Assembly: GCA_050250935.1 (NCBI GenBank)
Contig: JBFWNS010000002.1
Span: forward strand, 225,673-289,672
Source: Candidatus Margulisiibacteriota bacterium
Lineage (GTDB): Bacteria; Margulisbacteria; Marinamargulisbacteria; JBFWNS01
Length of the DNA stretch: 64,000 nt
Direction: 5' to 3'
Position numbers and translations under genes: made by a program. Numbering within the stretch: position 1 is the stretch's first letter; each line of letters opens with the position of its first letter. Under the pieces are notes generated by a model, which saw nothing but the letters and a program-made list of their open reading frames with translations, ran no database searches and was not told where the DNA came from. This document shows positions 59,458-64,000 of this stretch, piece by piece.

Positions 59458-60572
59458 GCCCTTTTATTCCGGTTAACGAACCCCGGCTGGATGGCAACGA
59501 GAAAGCCTATTTAATGCGCTGCATTGACGATGGCTGGATTTCTTTCGAAGGGCCTTTTGTCAAAGAATTCGAGGTTAAATTTGCCAGTCTTTTGGGCCGA
59601 AAACACGCGATTTCTGTGACCAACGGAACGGCGGCCTTGGATGTGGCCATTGAAGCCCTGGGAATCGGCCCAGGTGATGAAGTTATTCTACCCACTTTGA
59701 CCATTATTTCTTGTATAACCCAGATTATTCGTTCTGGGGCTACCCCCGTTTTGGTGGACAGTGACCCGGATACCTGGAACATGGACGTCTCTCAAATTGA
59801 AGAAAAAATAACCCCAAAAACCAAGGCCATTATGGCGGTACATCTCTATGGGCTTCCGGTGGACATGGACCCTTTATTGGAGATTGCAAAACGACACAAC
59901 CTTTTTGTGATTGAAGATGCTGCCCAGATGCTGGGGCAACACTACAAGGGCAAACCCTGTGGTAGTTTCGGGGATATCAGCACCTTCAGTTTTTATCCCA
60001 ACAAACACATCACCACTGGCGAAGGCGGCATGTTGGTGACCAACACCGAAGCCTTGTTTGAAACTTGTTGTAGTTTGCGAAACCTGTGTTTCCAGCCACA
60101 AGATCGATTTGTCCATGAGCAACTGGGTTGGAACCTGCGTATGACCAATATCCAAGCCGCGCTTGGGCTGGCTCAATTGGAGCGTTTGGACACCTTTGTC
60201 AGCCAAAAAAGAGCCATGGGGAACCGCTATAGTTCGCTTTTAAAAAACTTGAAAGGCGTAACTTTACCCCTGGAAAAAACAGACTATGCCCACAATATTT
60301 ATTGGGTGTTTGGACTCGTTTTAGATAAGGCCCATCCCCTGAATGCCAAATCGGTGATGAAAGCTTTGGCCAAAGAAGGGATCGGAACGAGGCCTTTTTT
60401 TTATCCCATGCATCAGCAGCCTGTGTTAAACCGGATGGGGCTTTTTGAAGGCAAGCACTTTCCTGTCGCAGAGCATCTTGCGAGACAGGGATTTTATCTG
60501 CCCAGTGGCCTGGCTTTGAGTACGGCACAGCAAGAACGCGTTTCGGACGTACTCTTGGAGCTCTTGTCATGA
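59454..60572 (+). CDS. DegT/DnrJ/EryC1 aminotransferase (perosamine-synthase-like)
   Basis: NGTAAL, VHLYG, IEDAAQ, FSFYPNKHITTGEGGM. Confidence 0.92.
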   Translation: MSPFIPVNEPRLDGNEKAYLMRCIDDGWISFEGPFVKEFEVKFASLLGRKHAISVTNGTAALDVAIEALGIGPGDEVILPTLTIISCITQIIRSGATPVLVDSDPDTWNMDVSQIEEKITPKTKAIMAVHLYGLPVDMDPLLEIAKRHNLFVIEDAAQMLGQHYKGKPCGSFGDISTFSFYPNKHITTGEGGMLVTNTEALFETCCSLRNLCFQPQDRFVHEQLGWNLRMTNIQAALGLAQLERLDTFVSQKRAMGNRYSSLLKNLKGVTLPLEKTDYAHNIYWVFGLVLDKAHPLNAKSVMKALAKEGIGTRPFFYPMHQQPVLNRMGLFEGKHFPVAEHLARQGFYLPSGLALSTAQQERVSDVLLELLS

Positions 60573-61519
60573 CCGTTTTGGTGACGGGTGGTGCGGGGTT
60601 TATTGGGTCTTCGCTGGTCGATCGACTATTGGCTTTGGGACATCACGTGGTGGTGCTGGATAATCTTAACGACTATTACTCCCCAGCCATTAAACGAGCC
60701 AATTTAAGCCAAGCCAACCAACACCCCAACTTCACCTTTTATGAAGGGGATATTTTGGACGACACCCTTCTTCATCGCATTTTTAAAAACCATACCACTG
60801 AGATTCTGATTCACTTGGCCGCTCGGGCTGGGGTTCGGGAGTCGCTTAAACAAGCGGATTTGTACACACAAGTGAATGTTATTGGAACGGCCAAACTTCT
60901 AGACTGTGCTAAAAATTATGGTGTCAAAAAGGTTTTGAATGCCTCTTCTTCGTCTGTGTATGGCAATAATCCCAAGGTCCCATTTTCGGAATCTGATCCT
61001 GTCGATACCCCTATTTCCCCCTATGCTGCAACCAAAAAATCGGCCGAATTATTGGCCCATGTCTACCATGCCACCCATGGTCTAGCCATTGCCAATTTAC
61101 GCTTCTTTACCGTCTATGGCCCTCGACAGCGGCCCGAAATGGCGATTCACTACTTTACCCAACTGATTGACCAAGGCAAAGTTATTCCGGTTTACAACAA
61201 GGGGCTCTGTTTTCGAGACTATACCTACATCGATGATATTGTTCAGGGGATTTTACAGGTGATGGATCATCCCACTATCGGCTACGACATTGTCAATCTT
61301 GGCGGAGCGAAAACCATCTCTACCCTTGAACTGATTGCGTTAATCGAACTCAACCTGGGTAAAAAAGCCATCATCGATTTACTCCCCTCTCAAAGTGGGG
61401 ACGTCGATCGAACGTTTGCCGATGTTGCTCATGCACAAACAAAATACGGTTATATTCCAACCGTAGAAATCGCAGAAGGGATCTCGCGTTTTGTGGCATG
61501 GTATCGCCATTCTTTTTAG
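60569..61519 (+). CDS. NAD-dependent epimerase (UDP-glucuronate 4-epimerase-like)
   Basis: TGGAGFIG, HLAARAGVR, ASSSSVYG, YAATK, RFFTVYGPRQRPEMA. Confidence 0.92.
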   Translation: MTVLVTGGAGFIGSSLVDRLLALGHHVVVLDNLNDYYSPAIKRANLSQANQHPNFTFYEGDILDDTLLHRIFKNHTTEILIHLAARAGVRESLKQADLYTQVNVIGTAKLLDCAKNYGVKKVLNASSSSVYGNNPKVPFSESDPVDTPISPYAATKKSAELLAHVYHATHGLAIANLRFFTVYGPRQRPEMAIHYFTQLIDQGKVIPVYNKGLCFRDYTYIDDIVQGILQVMDHPTIGYDIVNLGGAKTISTLELIALIELNLGKKAIIDLLPSQSGDVDRTFADVAHAQTKYGYIPTVEIAEGISRFVAWYRHSF

Positions 61520-61653
61520 TGCTTGACGATACAGCCCAAACACTAGAAGCTTGTCGACACTCCCCGTTTTTTAGTTTTGTTTTAAATGCCTCTTTTTGGG
61601 GTAGTTGTAGGTATTAAGACCCTTTTAATCACTATTTTTTGGAGCCCACTATC

Positions 61654-64000
61654 GTGAAATTTCCATTTTCGCTTCGAAGCCTACTGATTGGGACTCTTGT
61701 TTTATTGGGCATTGGATTATCCGCATCGCCCATTCAGGCCATTGCCGTTACCAGCAATGTGTCTTCTGCGGGCATTATCACCAGCAGCAACCTTAACGGT
61801 TCGACCAAAATGATGCGGGCTTTGCCTGACGGGTCCATTTATTTTTTGGGAACATCAGCAGCGAACTTTGGGGTGCTATCTGCAGATAAAAGCTCGTTTT
61901 CCCTGATCTCTTATGACCAAGCTCTGGGCACACATTCCTCCAGCGATTTTGTGGTCACTGGCAATACAATTTATGTTTCTATTGGCGGCGTCTCTACCTT
62001 TAAAGTCTACAAATATTCTATTGATGGGAACGTTGCCACTTATGAATCGGAAGCTGTGGCACAATCTGGGGCACAGGCCATTGCTTTGGGCCCCGATGGA
62101 CGAATTTATAATTCGAGAAGCTCGACCATTAACATCTATGAATCTGATTTAAGTTCGGCTAGCCCACAGGCTACCTATAAAGCCTTTTCTGTGCCAAGCA
62201 AGATGTTTATTAGCGGCACCAACCTGTACTACTTTGCAATCACTGGGGCACTTCGTAAAATAACGGACTACAGCACAGGCTCTATTGGGGTCAATGGGTC
62301 TACTGATGTTTCGCTAACCACTGGGTTAAGCACGCCCGCTGCTCTTCATGTTGTCGGCGATACGTCCTATGTTGCTACAGCCGGGGCTGTTCTTAAAATT
62401 TCTTCGGCAGGAAGCATACTGTGGCGTTTACCGGTTTCGCTGTTATCCATGACCGTGGATACGTCCGGGAATATTAGTGTTGTGAACAGCGCAGGAACCG
62501 TAACAACCTTTGCCCCTATTGGTCCAGCCTCGTCGTTTACTGCAACATCGAATGTTTCTGCTGTCACCTTAAATTGGACGGCGGGTTCCAGCGCAAGTGG
62601 GTCCGACTTTGTTGGATCTGTAATCGTCCGCAGTACCAGCGGAATCCCAACCTCGGTAAGCGACGGGACAGTGGTGACCCAAAACAACAGGGGGTCTTCG
62701 TACCAAGATACGGGACTGGAAGCCAGTACCACCTACTACTACACCATTTTTAATCAAACCTCAGACGGGTTCTACAGCTCTGGGGTGACACTCTCTGTTA
62801 CAACCGCCGCCGGAACCCCGGATGCCCCCGTGCTTTCGGCAAGCCTGCCAGCGCCAAACAGCGGTTCGGTGTCTTTGTCGTGGACTGCCCCAGCCTTAAC
62901 CGCTACGTTTTTATTGCAACGGTCCCAAGACGGGGCGCCAGCCACCACCATCAGCAGCAATATGGATGTGTCGGTGACCAGCTATTCAGACACCGGACTA
63001 AACGATGGATCTTATGTGTATTCGCTCTACGCCATTAGTGCTTCGGGGGTTACCTCGGATGCCGGTGTTGCGGCCACGGTGAACATCGACACCACGGCAC
63101 CTTCTGCGCCAACCCTGGAAGCCTCCAAACCCATCGCCAACGGTACCACCATTTCCCTATCCTGGACCGTGCCCAGCACCACAGCAACCTTTTTACTGCA
63201 ACGGTCGATGGATGGAAATTCGGCCACACTGGTCAGTTCTAATATGGCTTCGTCGGTCAGCAGCTACACGGACACGGGCTTAACCGACGGGGACTATGTG
63301 TATTCTCTGTATGCCATCGACGAAGTGGGGAATACGTCCAATGCCGGCCTTTCCACCACCGTGACCATCGACACCATCGCTCCCTCTGCTCCCAGCCTTG
63401 AAGTGTCCAAACCCACGCCCAACGGCACCACGGTTTCGTTGGCCTGGAGCACGCCATCGGGGGCCGCCAAGTTTGCCTTGTTCCGGTCCAAAGACAACGC
63501 CGACCCGGTTTCTGTGAGTTCAAACATTTCTCTGTCCACCACCAGCTATACCGACACGGACCTAACCGACGGCTACTACATCTATTCGATCTACGCCATC
63601 GACGAGGTGGGGAATACCTCGAATGCCGAAACCTCCATCACCATGACCATCGACACCACAGCCCCGGATGCCCCTTCAACCCTGTACACGCAAAAAAATG
63701 CCCCGAATGGATCCAGCGTCGAGATTACCTGGGATGTACCCACCGGCACAGCGACCTTTTTACTGCAACGGTCCAAAGACGGGGCCGACCCGGTTTCTGT
63801 GAGTTCCAATATAGCCTCGTCTGTGACCAGCTACACGGACACGGACCTAACCGACGGCTACTACATCTATTCGATCTACGCCATCGACGAAGTGGGCAAT
63901 ACGTCCAATGCCAGTGTTTCGGCCACGGTGAACATCGACCTAACGGCCCCGGATGCCCCCAGCCTCGAAGCGTCCAAACCAACAGCGAACGGCAGCACGG
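61654..64000 (+). CDS. Secreted surface protein with fibronectin type III repeats (runs off window end; not in ORF track)
   Basis: GTG start after GGAG, signal peptide (LLIGTLVLLGIGLSASPIQA), beta-rich N-terminus, YQDTGLEASTTYYY, repeated SYTDTGL-DG-Y-YS-YA-D units. Confidence 0.85.
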   Translation, partial: MKFPFSLRSLLIGTLVLLGIGLSASPIQAIAVTSNVSSAGIITSSNLNGSTKMMRALPDGSIYFLGTSAANFGVLSADKSSFSLISYDQALGTHSSSDFVVTGNTIYVSIGGVSTFKVYKYSIDGNVATYESEAVAQSGAQAIALGPDGRIYNSRSSTINIYESDLSSASPQATYKAFSVPSKMFISGTNLYYFAITGALRKITDYSTGSIGVNGSTDVSLTTGLSTPAALHVVGDTSYVATAGAVLKISSAGSILWRLPVSLLSMTVDTSGNISVVNSAGTVTTFAPIGPASSFTATSNVSAVTLNWTAGSSASGSDFVGSVIVRSTSGIPTSVSDGTVVTQNNRGSSYQDTGLEASTTYYYTIFNQTSDGFYSSGVTLSVTTAAGTPDAPVLSASLPAPNSGSVSLSWTAPALTATFLLQRSQDGAPATTISSNMDVSVTSYSDTGLNDGSYVYSLYAISASGVTSDAGVAATVNIDTTAPSAPTLEASKPIANGTTISLSWTVPSTTATFLLQRSMDGNSATLVSSNMASSVSSYTDTGLTDGDYVYSLYAIDEVGNTSNAGLSTTVTIDTIAPSAPSLEVSKPTPNGTTVSLAWSTPSGAAKFALFRSKDNADPVSVSSNISLSTTSYTDTDLTDGYYIYSIYAIDEVGNTSNAETSITMTIDTTAPDAPSTLYTQKNAPNGSSVEITWDVPTGTATFLLQRSKDGADPVSVSSNIASSVTSYTDTDLTDGYYIYSIYAIDEVGNTSNASVSATVNIDLTAPDAPSLEASKPTANGST
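62800..64000 (+). repeat. Tandem 282-285 nt coding repeats (~94 aa Fn3 units)
   Basis: Anchor (A/C)CGGTC at 62919, 63201, 63483, 63768; long near-identical stretches between the later units. Confidence 0.85.

Noticed and set aside
62367..63982. Several repeated minus-strand ORFs
   Set aside because: Shadows of the plus-strand Fn3 repeat gene.
62800..64000. Possible CRISPR-like or non-coding repeat array
   Set aside because: Period is 282-285 nt, a multiple of three and in an open frame; no short repeats with unique spacers anywhere in the window.
1..64000. Taxonomic assignment of the host
   Set aside because: Gene content hints at a non-proteobacterial, possibly host-associated lineage, but no rRNA is present and no search could be run.

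Overview
A bacterial chromosome segment with four parts. (1) 1-33.8 kb is a housekeeping backbone (glyS/glyQ, hisZG, tRNA-Leu, xth, purEK, msrA, fumC, nth, ylqF, pdxH, rlmD) with two toxin-antitoxin pairs. It is interspersed with unusual orphan genes: a mitochondrial-carrier (SLC25)-like gene divergent from a degenerate HMG-CoA-lyase-like gene, three paralogous pentein (amidinotransferase/deiminase-fold) proteins, and a sensorless split histidine kinase. (2) tmRNA lies at 33873-34252. (3) A ~16.8 kb AT-richer island is integrated at the tmRNA 3' end (TCCACCA repeats at 34246 and 51048). It carries a large serine recombinase whose C-terminus is cut by the att site, a deleted tyrosine recombinase, and a coupled defence operon (PLD-SNF2 helicase, type IIG R-M, SMODS cyclase + SLATT, DUF3644/HEPN, YhcG). 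(4) 52.5-64 kb holds a surface-glycan locus and a secreted Fn3-repeat protein running off the window. The most notable observations are the integration-switched recombinase C-terminus, a fixed-spacing promoter motif TG(A/C)AATT-N14-NCGA in front of five orphan genes, the eukaryote-like effector candidates, and a covarying three-hairpin element behind both the tRNA and the original tmRNA 3' end. All family calls come from motif recognition by eye; no searches were run.
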